64,000 nt of DNA from Clostridia bacterium (lineage in GTDB: Bacteria > Bacillota > Clostridia > Oscillospirales > CAG-272). The position numbers and the translations under genes are program-made. Every line of letters begins with the position of its first letter. Within the stretch, counting starts at the first letter, position 1. The notes beneath the pieces were generated by a model. It had not been told where the DNA came from. It searched no databases and saw only the letters and a list, made by a program, of their open reading frames with translations. Positions 1 to 9,167 of the stretch are shown here, in pieces. The DNA is taken from contig JAFZPN010000038.1 of NCBI GenBank assembly GCA_017550315.1, forward strand, positions 4,419 to 68,418, in the 5' to 3' direction.

Positions 1-526
1 AGAGCGTGCGGCTTCCCCAGCGGGACAGGCGGACGGCAGGTGCATCGGGCTCCTCGGATGTGCTGCGGATGCGCAAAACGGTCACGCCGCTGTCGTGCTC
101 GGCAAACGCGTCCATCGAGAAGCTCCCGAACGGCGTCTCGGCGTCGATCTTCCCCGCCGCGTCGGCAAGGGACAGACGGGCGCAGTACGCCTTCTGATAG
201 AGATACTCGAAGAGCGGCGCGTCAAAGCGGATCGTGATCTCCCCGGCGTGCTTGACGCAGGTCAGCTCCTCCTCGTGTCCCGAGCAGTAGCACGCATCGT
301 CCCAGGTCACCCCGGGAGGCGCGTCCTGCCAGAGATCGCATTTGTTCAGATGGATGTGAAGCCCGTCCTTTTCCGTCCAGAGAAGGGAACCGGTGTCGCC
401 GTCGCCGATCGGAAGTCCCGCGGTCGGGTGATTGACGGGCGTGCCGAAGTACAGGTCATGCCGCGGGATCCGCGCAGATGTCGAACGGAGCCAGCGGCTG
501 AGGGATGGATCAAAATGCGTTTTCAA
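1..526 (-). CDS. Partial CDS (N-terminal ~175 aa; remainder lies beyond window start): glycoside-hydrolase-like protein with GH95/DUF5703-type N-terminus
   Basis: Absent from the ORF track because it runs off the edge. Manual minus-strand translation from TTG (526-524), behind AGGAGG (539-534, 7-nt spacer), gives MKTHFDPSLSRWLRS...GLPIGDGDTGSLLWTEKDGLHIHLNKCDLWQD..., open to position 1. The N-terminus resembles that of the 699-aa protein at 43430-45529 (LPDGLIAGNGDVTAIL...GKADFWKADG). Confidence 0.45.
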   Translation of the reverse strand, partial: MKTHFDPSLSRWLRSTSARIPRHDLYFGTPVNHPTAGLPIGDGDTGSLLWTEKDGLHIHLNKCDLWQDAPPGVTWDDACYCSGHEEELTCVKHAGEITIRFDAPLFEYLYQKAYCARLSLADAAGKIDAETPFGSFSMDAFAEHDSGVTVLRIRSTSEEPDAPAVRLSRWGSRTL

Positions 527-568
527 GACAAGACCTCCTGTCGGTATCACGGAATGAGGAACGGGCTG

Positions 569-1051
569 TCAGCGGTTCGCGTCGTAGACCTCCATGAACA
601 GCGCGTGGAACGCGGCGGAGGCTTCGCTGTAATGATCCGGCCATTCCATGAGGCCGACCGCGTCGATTTCCGCTCCGCTCGCCAGGATGACGTGCAGAGT
701 GAAGCCGACCCCGTCGATGTAGTGGTAGTCCTTCTTGTCGAATCCGTTCCAGCTTCCGACGTCGTAGTCCCGCAGGATCCCTTCGAGCCGGTCGACGAAA
801 TCCGCATCCACATTCATGACCAGGGCGTTTTCGTCCTTCACGCCTTCCGGCTTGATGCTCACGGAATAGTACCCGTCTGCATAATCGAGTTCATAGACCG
901 TGCGCATGTCGAAATCGCTGCCGTTGGATTCCGTGTAGAAAAAGCGCTCGATGCCCCGGATCTCCGACGGCGGGATCTTTTTCTTGAAGCAGCCCGAGAG
1001 CGCGCCGAGCAGAAGCAGGGCGGCCAGGAGCAGGGAAAGAATCCGTTTCAT
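569..1051 (-). CDS. Hypothetical lipoprotein (160 aa)
   Basis: MKRILSLLLAALLLLGALSGC: signal peptide plus LSGC lipobox. The ATG overlaps the stop of the upstream gene (ATGA at 1051-1048), suggesting translational coupling. No recognisable domain. Confidence 0.7.
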   Translation of the reverse strand: MKRILSLLLAALLLLGALSGCFKKKIPPSEIRGIERFFYTESNGSDFDMRTVYELDYADGYYSVSIKPEGVKDENALVMNVDADFVDRLEGILRDYDVGSWNGFDKKDYHYIDGVGFTLHVILASGAEIDAVGLMEWPDHYSEASAAFHALFMEVYDANR

Positions 1052-1668
1052 GCTTTCACCACCCATTCCGCCGTCTCTGGAATGTGATTCCGGATCCAGT
1101 CCGCGGCGAAGTCGAAATCATCCCCGTCCGCGTAGACCTCGTTCCAGCCGATACTCCGGATCTTGATGACGCTTCGCTTCTTGTTGACGACGACCTTTTT
1201 CACGCGGGGGAATTCCGTCGTGGAGGTCGAGCGGATCGCAGAGTTGTAGCCCGCGCTGACGGCGCCGCGGTTGTGCGTGGCAGCGCCCATGATCATCGCC
1301 GCCGTGCCGATCGCTTCCGCTTTTTTGGACTGCTTTGCGCACTGCGCGTGGACGATGGCCTTCTCGTCCATCTCGAAATCGACGATGTACACCCCGCCCA
1401 TGATTGCCGCGTAGAGTAGGTAGCCGAGAACGAGAAGAACGGCGAAGATGCCGAACATGATGAGGGCAAGCTCTCCGACGAACCGGAGGCTGTCCGCCGA
1501 GAAGCCGTCCGCAATGCAGCTGATGAGGCCGATCAGAAGGACGGTGATGGCGAGCGCGATGAGAAGCGCTTTCGCCGTTGTGAGGAAGATCGTCGGGTTC
1601 TTGAACAGGCTCATTTCATACTGCCAGCAGAACTTTCCTTTGTTTTTTTCAATGGGTTTCGTTTGCAT
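1048..1668 (-). CDS. Hypothetical integral membrane protein (206 aa)
   Basis: Two or three long hydrophobic segments (LLIALAITVLLIGLISCI, LALIMFGIFAVLLVLGYLLYAAIMGGV) followed by a soluble C-terminal tail. Coding-like composition; the plus-strand ORFs here are Arg/Gly-rich artefacts. Confidence 0.65.
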   Translation of the reverse strand: MQTKPIEKNKGKFCWQYEMSLFKNPTIFLTTAKALLIALAITVLLIGLISCIADGFSADSLRFVGELALIMFGIFAVLLVLGYLLYAAIMGGVYIVDFEMDEKAIVHAQCAKQSKKAEAIGTAAMIMGAATHNRGAVSAGYNSAIRSTSTTEFPRVKKVVVNKKRSVIKIRSIGWNEVYADGDDFDFAADWIRNHIPETAEWVVKA

Positions 1669-1714
1669 GATGGTCCTCTCTTTCTGTATGTAAAGATGGG
1701 GTTTCTTATGCGGT

Positions 1715-4700
1715 TTATTTGACCTTCTTGAAGATGATTGTCAGGTCCCAATCCTCCTTGCCTGTGCTGGAGGACGAATCCGAATGCGTGGTGGAATAAG
1801 AGCAGGAGAGTCCGTTTCCTCCGTCGCTGATAAACCGGATGGTGATCTCCGTCCCGGATTCCGAGACGGTGACGTAGGGCGTCAAACCTTCGAGGGTGCC
1901 GTTTGAGGAGGTGCTCGAGGACTGCACTTTGCCTTTCGCATCGCCCGTCCGGTGGGTCTGGGAATGTGACAGGCTTGCTGTAAGCGAAACGGAGCCGGTG
2001 CCCATTTTTCGGTCGACCGTGCCGCTCAGCTCGGCATGGAGACTGTCATAAACGCTGCCCTCCTCCCAGACGGGATGGAAGGGTTCCTCTCCGTATAAGA
2101 CCTCCGCTTCCGGGAAAATCGAATTGTTGATGTCATGCCGGGGTTCGTTGTTATCATAAAGCACGCTCCCGTATGCCGTGAAGCTCCCGTCCTCGCCGAG
2201 GGTGAACTCCATGGTTTTGAGCGCTTCCTCGAGATAGACGAGCATGCGCGTCGACGCGTCGTCTCCGGAGGTGCTGAGGTTGTAGTCTATCCAATCCTGG
2301 AACTTGAAAACGCCTCCTGTGCTCTGCGGGATGATCACCTGAACGTCGGCCTTTTTCACCGGGGCCATCTCCGTGATCTTGTGTTTTTTGTTCCGGTAAG
2401 TGTCGGTGACGACCTTGGATACGGGCGTGGCCAGATCCGGCATTACGATCTTTCCGGGGATTTCCGCCTCGTCTTTGGCAAAGCTCTTTTTGCTCACATC
2501 CTTGAAGAACATCACCTTCGGCGCACCCATCATCAGATAGTGGTAATAGGTACATCGGTACACCACATCGCCTTTCTCCGCGGGCTTGGGGATAAAATCC
2601 GCCGTATAGGGATAATAGTTCTTGACCGTGTTTTGGATGAGGACGCCGTTGTCTTCCGCCTTTTTGTAGGAGGGCAGCAGCGGAAGGAAGCAAGCCTCTT
2701 TCGCTGCGTCGAAGCGCATGGGCGTGATGAGGTCCGGACTGTCGTAGCGGAGACCGGCATCCCCTCTGACATACGGACGGTTGGCGATGATGGTCGTCCA
2801 GTCCTGACAGTACAGAGAGTTCTGGAAGCTCGCCCCGACAGGCAGGTTTTCATCCACGGCATGGAAGGTCAGCATGCAGTTGAGCAGGGGCAGAACCTTT
2901 TTATCCATTTCCTTCATCAGGGCATCGAAGGACTTGTGCTGCATCGTCTCCAGAACATCCTGCAGGATCGGCTTGGTCTCCTGCTTGAGAAGATTGACGA
3001 AGTCTTCGGTGCACTTGGTTTTATCCGACACCTTGACTTTTTTGCCGCCGTTCACCTGTTCGAGGGACATCAGTGTTCCTTCTTCTGCCGTGGACCAGAA
3101 CCGACTGCAGATCGGATCCAGAATGTATTCCTTATCGAGCCGCCAGAAGGCGTAGGCATAGTTCCAGTAAAACTCGTCGAGGACGGCCTGTAAATACTCC
3201 GGGTCGTCGCCGCAGAGCGTCAGGATGACCGTGAACGCCTCTGCCCAACCGTCATGCGCGATCTCTGAGCCCGCTTCCCCGGCGGTATAACACTCATACC
3301 AGGCCGTGGCTGTTTTGAACGAACCTTCGGGATATCTCCGCAGCGGTTTCTTGGCGACCTCTTTTTTCAGGATTTTAAAATCCTCGTCCGTCATGGAGGA
3401 GATTTTGTACATAGGGACAGTCTGCTTTTTCTTCTTGTTCTTACCGTCCTTCTCGTCCAAAAAGGTTTTCAGTGTATTTATGTCACTGATTTCGTCGCCG
3501 TATACCATTTCGGTCGTGGGGAGGGTGCAGAAATACTGATGGATCGTTTCGAGCGTCGGATCCGTAAAAGCTCCGTACCCCGTGTCGATCTCATAGAGTT
3601 TCCCGACGGTCCAGCAGGTCACGCCCACGAGCGCGGCAAGCCAGGGGGCCAGATAGGTGGCGGCCGCTGCGGTCACGGTGAGCCCTGCGAGCTCTTCTTT
3701 GTGATTGTAGACCGCAGTGGGCATGTTCATCAGGGTTTCCACCACGGTGTCGTTCCCGCGCCTCGCCTCCACGCAGATTTTCATAGAAGTCATCAAGGCG
3801 TCGTAACAGAACAGGAATTTGTCGAGCAGCTCGACTTCCGGTTTTACCTTGTTTTCCAGGACATACTCGGAAAGCTCCTTCGGCAGCGTGAAAGCGCCTT
3901 TGACACTGTCCACTTCTCCGACGAGATTATGTAAGTAATCCATCCCGTCGTAGATCTTCTGATTGGCGGCGATCGCGTCGCTTTCTTTCATGATGGCTTC
4001 TATGTCTTGGTAGAAATTCTGGATGTCATCGTCCGTTGTCTTCTGATACAGATACCATAAGCGCTCGTAATCGACCTTTACCGGCCAGCACATGCGGTTG
4101 TCTTCGCCCTTCTTCTTGACTTCCACGAAAACGCCGTCGTTCAGATCGATCCGGCCGCCGGAGACGTCGAGCGTCATCGTGTTCGGGTTGAACCGGTAGT
4201 AAACCACCCCGTATTTGCTGAAATGATCCGTATAGACGAGATAACTGCTCTCGTCCTCGCTCACTTCAAAATAGATATTCTCCCATTCTCCGGTCTCCTC
4301 GTTGAACCATACGCAGCGGGAGAGAGTGCCCGGATGCGTGCGCGGGAGGGTGATCGTGATATCCGTGGCAAATTCGTCCTGTCCGGAGCCGAGGGAGAAG
4401 TCGTACGCCTTCAGGACCCAGCCTTCCTCCCCTTCGGAGAGCTCCGGCAGCTCTCGCATGGTCAGCGTGTCGTTTTCATTGTCGAGGCTCCATTCGTCAA
4501 GCTCCACCTTGACCTGCCCGAAATCCGCCACCGGCTCCCACGGAGAGACGTCGATGCTTATCGTAAGTGCGGAATCGATCTGTTTTTTGGTATAGCGGAG
4601 CGGGATCTCGTCCGCATACTCCGAGAGATCATCCGTCACGCTGCCGCCCTCTTTTTTGAGAAATCCCGGATACTTGAAGCCCGCGATGCAGAACTCGGCG

Positions 4701-5038
4701 ACAAGGACCAGCGACAGGAAGAGGCTGAGCCCCCGGCCGCCCTTTTTGACCTTGGGCTGCGCCGCCGGACGCTGTGCGGTCTGAACGTAGGCGGGCTGGA
4801 CGGGAGACACGGGCGCCGGTGTGGAATTCCGCGCCGCACGGTTCGGAGTCGGATTTGCCGTGCCGGTTGCTTTCGCGCCGCAGGCAGGACAAAACGCGGC
4901 GTCCGCCATCAGTTCCCGGCCGCAGGCAGAACAGAAGCGCCTGGCAGGCTTTGTGCCTGTCACTTTTGCACCGCACATCCGGCAGAACTGCGCGCCTTCT
5001 GCGAGTTCCACGCCGCATTCCCTGCAAAATCTTGCCAT
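1715..5038 (-). CDS. Large membrane-anchored protein (1107 aa) with N-terminal double zinc-ribbon
   Basis: N-terminus MARFCRECG-x10-CRMCG then CSACG-x10-CPACG (two CxxC...CxxC ribbons). A Pro/Ala-rich linker and one TM helix (LSLFLSLVLVAEFCIAGF) follow, then ~950 aa with no motif I recognise. SD GGAAGGAG lies 7 nt upstream of the ATG. Confidence 0.75.
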   Translation of the reverse strand: MARFCRECGVELAEGAQFCRMCGAKVTGTKPARRFCSACGRELMADAAFCPACGAKATGTANPTPNRAARNSTPAPVSPVQPAYVQTAQRPAAQPKVKKGGRGLSLFLSLVLVAEFCIAGFKYPGFLKKEGGSVTDDLSEYADEIPLRYTKKQIDSALTISIDVSPWEPVADFGQVKVELDEWSLDNENDTLTMRELPELSEGEEGWVLKAYDFSLGSGQDEFATDITITLPRTHPGTLSRCVWFNEETGEWENIYFEVSEDESSYLVYTDHFSKYGVVYYRFNPNTMTLDVSGGRIDLNDGVFVEVKKKGEDNRMCWPVKVDYERLWYLYQKTTDDDIQNFYQDIEAIMKESDAIAANQKIYDGMDYLHNLVGEVDSVKGAFTLPKELSEYVLENKVKPEVELLDKFLFCYDALMTSMKICVEARRGNDTVVETLMNMPTAVYNHKEELAGLTVTAAAATYLAPWLAALVGVTCWTVGKLYEIDTGYGAFTDPTLETIHQYFCTLPTTEMVYGDEISDINTLKTFLDEKDGKNKKKKQTVPMYKISSMTDEDFKILKKEVAKKPLRRYPEGSFKTATAWYECYTAGEAGSEIAHDGWAEAFTVILTLCGDDPEYLQAVLDEFYWNYAYAFWRLDKEYILDPICSRFWSTAEEGTLMSLEQVNGGKKVKVSDKTKCTEDFVNLLKQETKPILQDVLETMQHKSFDALMKEMDKKVLPLLNCMLTFHAVDENLPVGASFQNSLYCQDWTTIIANRPYVRGDAGLRYDSPDLITPMRFDAAKEACFLPLLPSYKKAEDNGVLIQNTVKNYYPYTADFIPKPAEKGDVVYRCTYYHYLMMGAPKVMFFKDVSKKSFAKDEAEIPGKIVMPDLATPVSKVVTDTYRNKKHKITEMAPVKKADVQVIIPQSTGGVFKFQDWIDYNLSTSGDDASTRMLVYLEEALKTMEFTLGEDGSFTAYGSVLYDNNEPRHDINNSIFPEAEVLYGEEPFHPVWEEGSVYDSLHAELSGTVDRKMGTGSVSLTASLSHSQTHRTGDAKGKVQSSSTSSNGTLEGLTPYVTVSESGTEITIRFISDGGNGLSCSYSTTHSDSSSSTGKEDWDLTIIFKKVK

Positions 5039-5053
5039 GTGTCCGCTCCTTCC

Positions 5054-5800
5054 TTACGGCCGGATCATGCCGAGCAAGGCGGTCGATCCGTTCGGCAGAT
5101 TCCATTCGCCGAAAGCAAATTGCTGTCCGTTCGATTCATAGATGGCATAGAAGGATATGCTGCCCGCTCCGCTCACCGTCATGCCGCCGTTCGTAAAAGA
5201 GCCGGTGAGCGCGGTATCCCCCATGCCCTCTTCGTTTTCCCACGATTCCTCGCCCGAGTAACGGATCTGATACCAGTCCACCGTCAGGATCACGGACGAT
5301 GCGGAGCCGGACACGGTGACGTTCACCATCTCTTCCGCCGTGTCGTACTGAACGAAGCCCTTCCACGATCCCGTGATGCTGCTGAAATCCGTGATGTTAC
5401 GGGCATCGGGAGGAATATAGCCGATCATCTGTTTCCAGTTTTCTAATTCTTCGACGGACGGTCTTTCCGCCGCGCTATCGGAGACGGATGCCTGCGTGTC
5501 GCTGTGGGAATCGAGGATCCAGTTGTCCGTGTATTCGCCGACAGGATCGGCGTTCATGTTTTCCGTCGTGTCGGAATTGCCGGGCAGACCGACGGTCGAG
5601 GCGGCCGGGGAATCCGTACCCGATGCGCCGTCGAAGCCGCTCCCATTACCGCTGAGGCTGACCGAGTATCCTTCCGTCGTATCGGGCTTCCGCTGTCCGT
5701 ACCACGACCAGACGATCCAGACGAGGAGCGCCAGATCAATGAGGATCAGGACCGTATTGAAAAAGCGCCGCCCGCCGGAGGTCTTGCTGTGCTCCATCAT
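5054..5800 (-). CDS. Hypothetical N-terminally anchored membrane protein (248 aa)
   Basis: TM helix FFNTVLILIDLALLVWIVWSW, then a Ser/Thr/Asp-rich linker and a C-terminal globular part. First gene behind the promoter at 5836-5864. The start could be the second ATG (5797). Confidence 0.65.
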   Translation of the reverse strand: MMEHSKTSGGRRFFNTVLILIDLALLVWIVWSWYGQRKPDTTEGYSVSLSGNGSGFDGASGTDSPAASTVGLPGNSDTTENMNADPVGEYTDNWILDSHSDTQASVSDSAAERPSVEELENWKQMIGYIPPDARNITDFSSITGSWKGFVQYDTAEEMVNVTVSGSASSVILTVDWYQIRYSGEESWENEEGMGDTALTGSFTNGGMTVSGAGSISFYAIYESNGQQFAFGEWNLPNGSTALLGMIRP

Positions 5801-5835
5801 GTTCTCCGTTACCGTTTTTCATTGTATGTTACTTC

Positions 5836-5864
5836 ATTATATCATGTTTTTCCGGGCCGCGCAA
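5836..5864 (-). promoter_or_regulatory. sigmaA-type promoter for the 5800->569 operon
   Basis: Minus strand reads TTGCGC (5864-5859), a 17-nt spacer, then TATAAT (5841-5836), about 35 nt upstream of the start codon. Confidence 0.6.
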
Positions 5865-5881
5865 GGGCATGGAACGGATTT

Positions 5882-5928
5882 TTGAAAAGATAAAAGCCGC
5901 CGCAGGTCTTCGGGCAAAGAGATGCGGC
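5882..5928 (-). terminator. Putative rho-independent terminator after the nucleoside hydrolase gene
   Basis: Minus strand: GCCGCA/TGCGGC outer stem (5928-5923 with 5904-5899) and an inner 4-bp stem. It is followed by GGCTTTTATCTTTTC. Confidence 0.45.
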
Positions 5929-5941
5929 AGCTGTTCTGCGG

Positions 5942-6880
5942 TCAATATGCGCGGCGGTCAGCCTTCGTGCAGATCAGGCGGAAGAGGTCGGTGAAAATGC
6001 CGTCGCGGTCATAGGTCTTGTTGTAGATCATGACGCCGCCCGCGGGAGACGGGGTGAACATCCCTTCGTCGTCCACGGAGAGCGCGTCCCGGATTCCGGG
6101 ATCCCAGAAGCGGTGTCCGCGGCGGAGGATGGCGACGGAGGCGATGTCCCAGATGATGTGCGTCGTCGACATCACCGTGCCGAAGGGGACGCCGTGATCC
6201 CGCCGCATCAGACCGGTGAGATAATCCCCGGCGGGGAGGTTCTTGCCCTCGAGCGCATAGGCGCACTCCATCGCGGTGAGATGCAGGACCTCGGTCCCAC
6301 CCGCCGCGGGAAGCAGGATCACGTTCGCGCCGGTCCCGAGGAGCACCTGGGCGGCCGCGCGGTCCTGGCGGAGGTTGAAATCGTTCGCGCTCCGGTAGAG
6401 ATCCGCATCGTTCGCCCCGATGAGCACGGCGACCATGTTCTGCCGGATGGACGGATCGAGCAGCAGGGCGGAGGCTGCGTTCGTGAAGCATCCAATCGAC
6501 GCGACGAACACATAGTCGTCGGTGGCGCGGCAGGCTTCGACGATGGCGCGCGCGGCGGGACTGTCGACGGGGGTGTCCCGGTCGGGCAGATAGCGGTCCG
6601 CGCCGCGATAGGCAGGGACGCCGCAGCCGGGCAGGGTCAGATCCCGCACGCGGACGAGTTCCTCATAGGACTTCTCCATCCCGTCGGCGACGGAGGCAGC
6701 ATTCTGATTCAGAAAAGGCGCCGCGCCGAAGCCGAGCACCTCGACGTCTTCCGCGAGGAGCGCGTAGGCGACGGCAAACTGATCGTCGATCTCGTTGGCG
6801 GTGTCGGTATCGAGAAAGAATTTCTTCGGTCTGTCCTCTTCGATGCGGGCGAGGATGGCTTCGCAGGTTTCACGGTTCAT
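5942..6880 (-). CDS. Nucleoside hydrolase family protein (IUNH-type, 312 aa)
   Basis: N-terminal Asp cluster FFLDTDTANEIDDQFAVAYALL matches the DxDxxxDD calcium/ribose-binding signature of inosine-uridine-preferring nucleoside hydrolases. Length is typical for the family. Confidence 0.7.
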   Translation of the reverse strand: MNRETCEAILARIEEDRPKKFFLDTDTANEIDDQFAVAYALLAEDVEVLGFGAAPFLNQNAASVADGMEKSYEELVRVRDLTLPGCGVPAYRGADRYLPDRDTPVDSPAARAIVEACRATDDYVFVASIGCFTNAASALLLDPSIRQNMVAVLIGANDADLYRSANDFNLRQDRAAAQVLLGTGANVILLPAAGGTEVLHLTAMECAYALEGKNLPAGDYLTGLMRRDHGVPFGTVMSTTHIIWDIASVAILRRGHRFWDPGIRDALSVDDEGMFTPSPAGGVMIYNKTYDRDGIFTDLFRLICTKADRRAY

Positions 6881-6916
6881 GGTATTCCTCCTGTCCGATG
6901 TCGGAATCGCTTTGTG

Positions 6917-8917
6917 TCAGGCTCTTCGGATGAAGAAGAGTCTCGCGGTGCGGGGCTTTTCAAAGGCAAGGGTGAATTCGCCGGATACGGTGTGTTCCTC
7001 TCCGGTGTCGGCGTCGCGCACGGACCAGCTTGCATCCCGTTCGAAGGGAAGCGCGGTCGTCAGGGTCGCTTCGTCGCAGTCCTCCTGCCGGAAGGCGATG
7101 AGCACGCCCTCTTCCTTGTCGGGATCGTAGTAGGCGAAGGCGGTGAAGCCGGTCTTTTCGTGTTCCGCGTGCCACGGTGTTAGGGGATAGAACTCCTTCA
7201 GAAGATAGGGCCGCACGCTCTTCCATTCCCGGATGCCCTCTCTGAGCGGGGAGAAGTTCTGATCCGGATTCATGACGAAGGACGAGCTGACGTTGAGGAC
7301 CGGCAGATACGACGCCCGCCAGATGTAAACGTCCGAGGTCCGCCCGCCTTCGAGCTGACCGGCGGATTCCTTCGTGGACGCGCCGCAGAACGGGATCCAG
7401 CGGTTGAAGCCCCACGTCATCGAGAGCCGGAGCGAGGTCCACGTCCGGTCCGCGTCGCTGCGGAGCAGGGGAACGCCGCGCCGCATGGATTCGAGGTCGT
7501 TCCGTCCACCGCCCGACGCGCAGGAATCGACGAATCCGCACCCGCCGAAGGACGTCGTGCAGGCGATGATGTCGTCCCACATCCGGTAATGCGCGTCGAT
7601 GAAGCGGCATTCCGTGATCCCGGCGCGGTCCTCCCCTTCGATGGCGTCGAGGTGCTTCCAGAGCCCGGCGGGATCGCTGTTGTTGTCCTCGCGGTACATC
7701 TCCACGCGGTTCTTCCGGAGGGTGTCCGTGACCTTGCCGAGGGTCCAGCGGTAGCAGTCCGGATCGCCGATGTTGTTCGAGATCGAACCGACGCCCTCCC
7801 GGCGGATCGCCCAGCGCGTGTCATACCCGTAGTTTTCCGCGAGCGCCTCCGGATTCGTCACCCGTTCGGGCTCGAACCAGAGCAGGGTCTTCATGCCGTT
7901 CTCGCGCGCAAAGTCCGTGGATTCGCGGAAGGTGTCCCCCGGCCATTTCGCGGGATCGAAGGTCCATGTCCCGACGGTGCCCCACCAGTCGACCTCCGGC
8001 GAGGAATTGTCCGGCGCGGCATACCATCCGGCGTCCATCCAGCGGAAGTCCACCCGGATATCCTCCGCGAGCATCTTTTCCATGCTGCGTCTCCACGTGA
8101 AGTGCCGCTCGGAGATGGAGCCGTCGGAGTTCGGCAGACCGGTGTCCCCGGAGAGACAGCAGGTGGAGAAAGGTTCGAGGGGCGTCCCCGCGCCGTCGGC
8201 CTTCGGCAGATTGTATTTCATGAACCAGCTCCGCCAGCAGTTCGTCGCGTACGCCTCATCCCGGACCGCGTAGGGAACCGTGGCGAAGAGCGCGGTGCGG
8301 ATCCGCTCGCCGGGCTTCAGGCGGGTCCTCAGATTGTTGACCGATCGGAGGAGGACGGAGGTCTTCTCGTCTGCGGAACGGAACTCCGCCGTCCAGGTCC
8401 CGGCCCAGCCGATGGCCAGAAGAACGCCGCCGTCCCCGCATTCCAGATTGAAGTAGGGGAAATTGACGTGTGTCGCCCGGCCGCTGTTCGAGGTGAAGAC
8501 GATCGGACCGTCCTCGGGATTCATCGCGTATGGACGGTAAGCGCATACATGGTCGCCGAGGATGCCCTTGAGCATCGGATACGCGCCCTCGAACGTGAGT
8601 TCCGAGCACACATCGGTGAGAATCCCGCTGTCCTCTTTTCCGGGGTTCTCGAACCATACGGTCCACTCGCTCGCGCCGTAATCCGCATAGTGCACGGCGC
8701 GGAGGATGAGGACAAGCGTCTCGGATGCCCGGTACCGCCGGGTGTAAACCGTCTTCGCGCCTTCGGTCTGCGTGTCCGCATCCAGCGGGACGAGTGGCGC
8801 GCCGAACCCCCGGTATGCGGTCCCGCCGCAGGTAAAGCGGAAGGGGAAGCGCTCCGGATTTTCCATGACGTCCGCAAACCACGCGGATGCCGCCGGATTC
8901 TCATACTGTCTCTGCAT
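6917..8917 (-). CDS. GH36-type alpha-galactosidase family protein (666 aa)
   Basis: Motifs FRWMDAGWY, MKTLLWFEPERV, YREDNN and CASGGGRNDL match GH36 catalytic-barrel signatures (xWFEPE, C-[SA]-S-GGG-R-x-D). Start placed at ATG 8917, behind AGGAGG with a 6-nt spacer. The longer ORF to 8995 has no SD. Confidence 0.75.
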   Translation of the reverse strand: MQRQYENPAASAWFADVMENPERFPFRFTCGGTAYRGFGAPLVPLDADTQTEGAKTVYTRRYRASETLVLILRAVHYADYGASEWTVWFENPGKEDSGILTDVCSELTFEGAYPMLKGILGDHVCAYRPYAMNPEDGPIVFTSNSGRATHVNFPYFNLECGDGGVLLAIGWAGTWTAEFRSADEKTSVLLRSVNNLRTRLKPGERIRTALFATVPYAVRDEAYATNCWRSWFMKYNLPKADGAGTPLEPFSTCCLSGDTGLPNSDGSISERHFTWRRSMEKMLAEDIRVDFRWMDAGWYAAPDNSSPEVDWWGTVGTWTFDPAKWPGDTFRESTDFARENGMKTLLWFEPERVTNPEALAENYGYDTRWAIRREGVGSISNNIGDPDCYRWTLGKVTDTLRKNRVEMYREDNNSDPAGLWKHLDAIEGEDRAGITECRFIDAHYRMWDDIIACTTSFGGCGFVDSCASGGGRNDLESMRRGVPLLRSDADRTWTSLRLSMTWGFNRWIPFCGASTKESAGQLEGGRTSDVYIWRASYLPVLNVSSSFVMNPDQNFSPLREGIREWKSVRPYLLKEFYPLTPWHAEHEKTGFTAFAYYDPDKEEGVLIAFRQEDCDEATLTTALPFERDASWSVRDADTGEEHTVSGEFTLAFEKPRTARLFFIRRA

Positions 8918-8953
8918 AAACAGCCTCCTGTGCAATGGGTGATCTCTGAGCCT

Positions 8954-8962
8954 ATTGTAGCA
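8954..8962 (-). promoter_or_regulatory. Possible extended -10 element (TGcTACAAT) for the GH36/nucleoside-hydrolase unit
   Basis: Minus strand reads TGCTACAAT about 37 nt upstream of ATG 8917. The -35 is poor (TTTCAC). Confidence 0.35.
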
Positions 8963-9074
8963 TATTCCGCCCGCCGTGAAAAGGGGGATCGGCAAACTTG
9001 CACGGTTTTTTTCGCGTGTTCCCGCGATATGACGCGGGGGAGTGGGAGAAAAGCGGCGATCTTAAACAAAACGG

Positions 9075-9103
9075 TTGACGCGGGCGGGCCGGTCTGCTAT
9101 AAT
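9075..9103 (+). promoter_or_regulatory. sigmaA-type promoter for the 9168->14408 operon
   Basis: TTGACG (9075-9080), 17-nt spacer, TGcTATAAT (-10 at 9098-9103). Confidence 0.65.
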
Positions 9104-9167
9104 GAAAACAGGAAATCAGGCTTTGCCGGGACTGCCGGCCGAGCCGCAATGCCCGGGAGGAATCGGG

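Noticed and set aside
95-1087. 330-aa plus-strand ORF spanning the window start
   Set aside because: It is antisense to two SD-supported minus-strand genes. Its Arg/Gly/Val/Asp-rich composition is typical of a GC3-driven shadow ORF, and it has no SD.
9021-9038. CCCGCG-ATATGA-CGCGGG hairpin in the divergent region
   Set aside because: The stem is only 6 bp and no U-tract follows on either strand, so it is not a terminator. I have no evidence that it is an operator.
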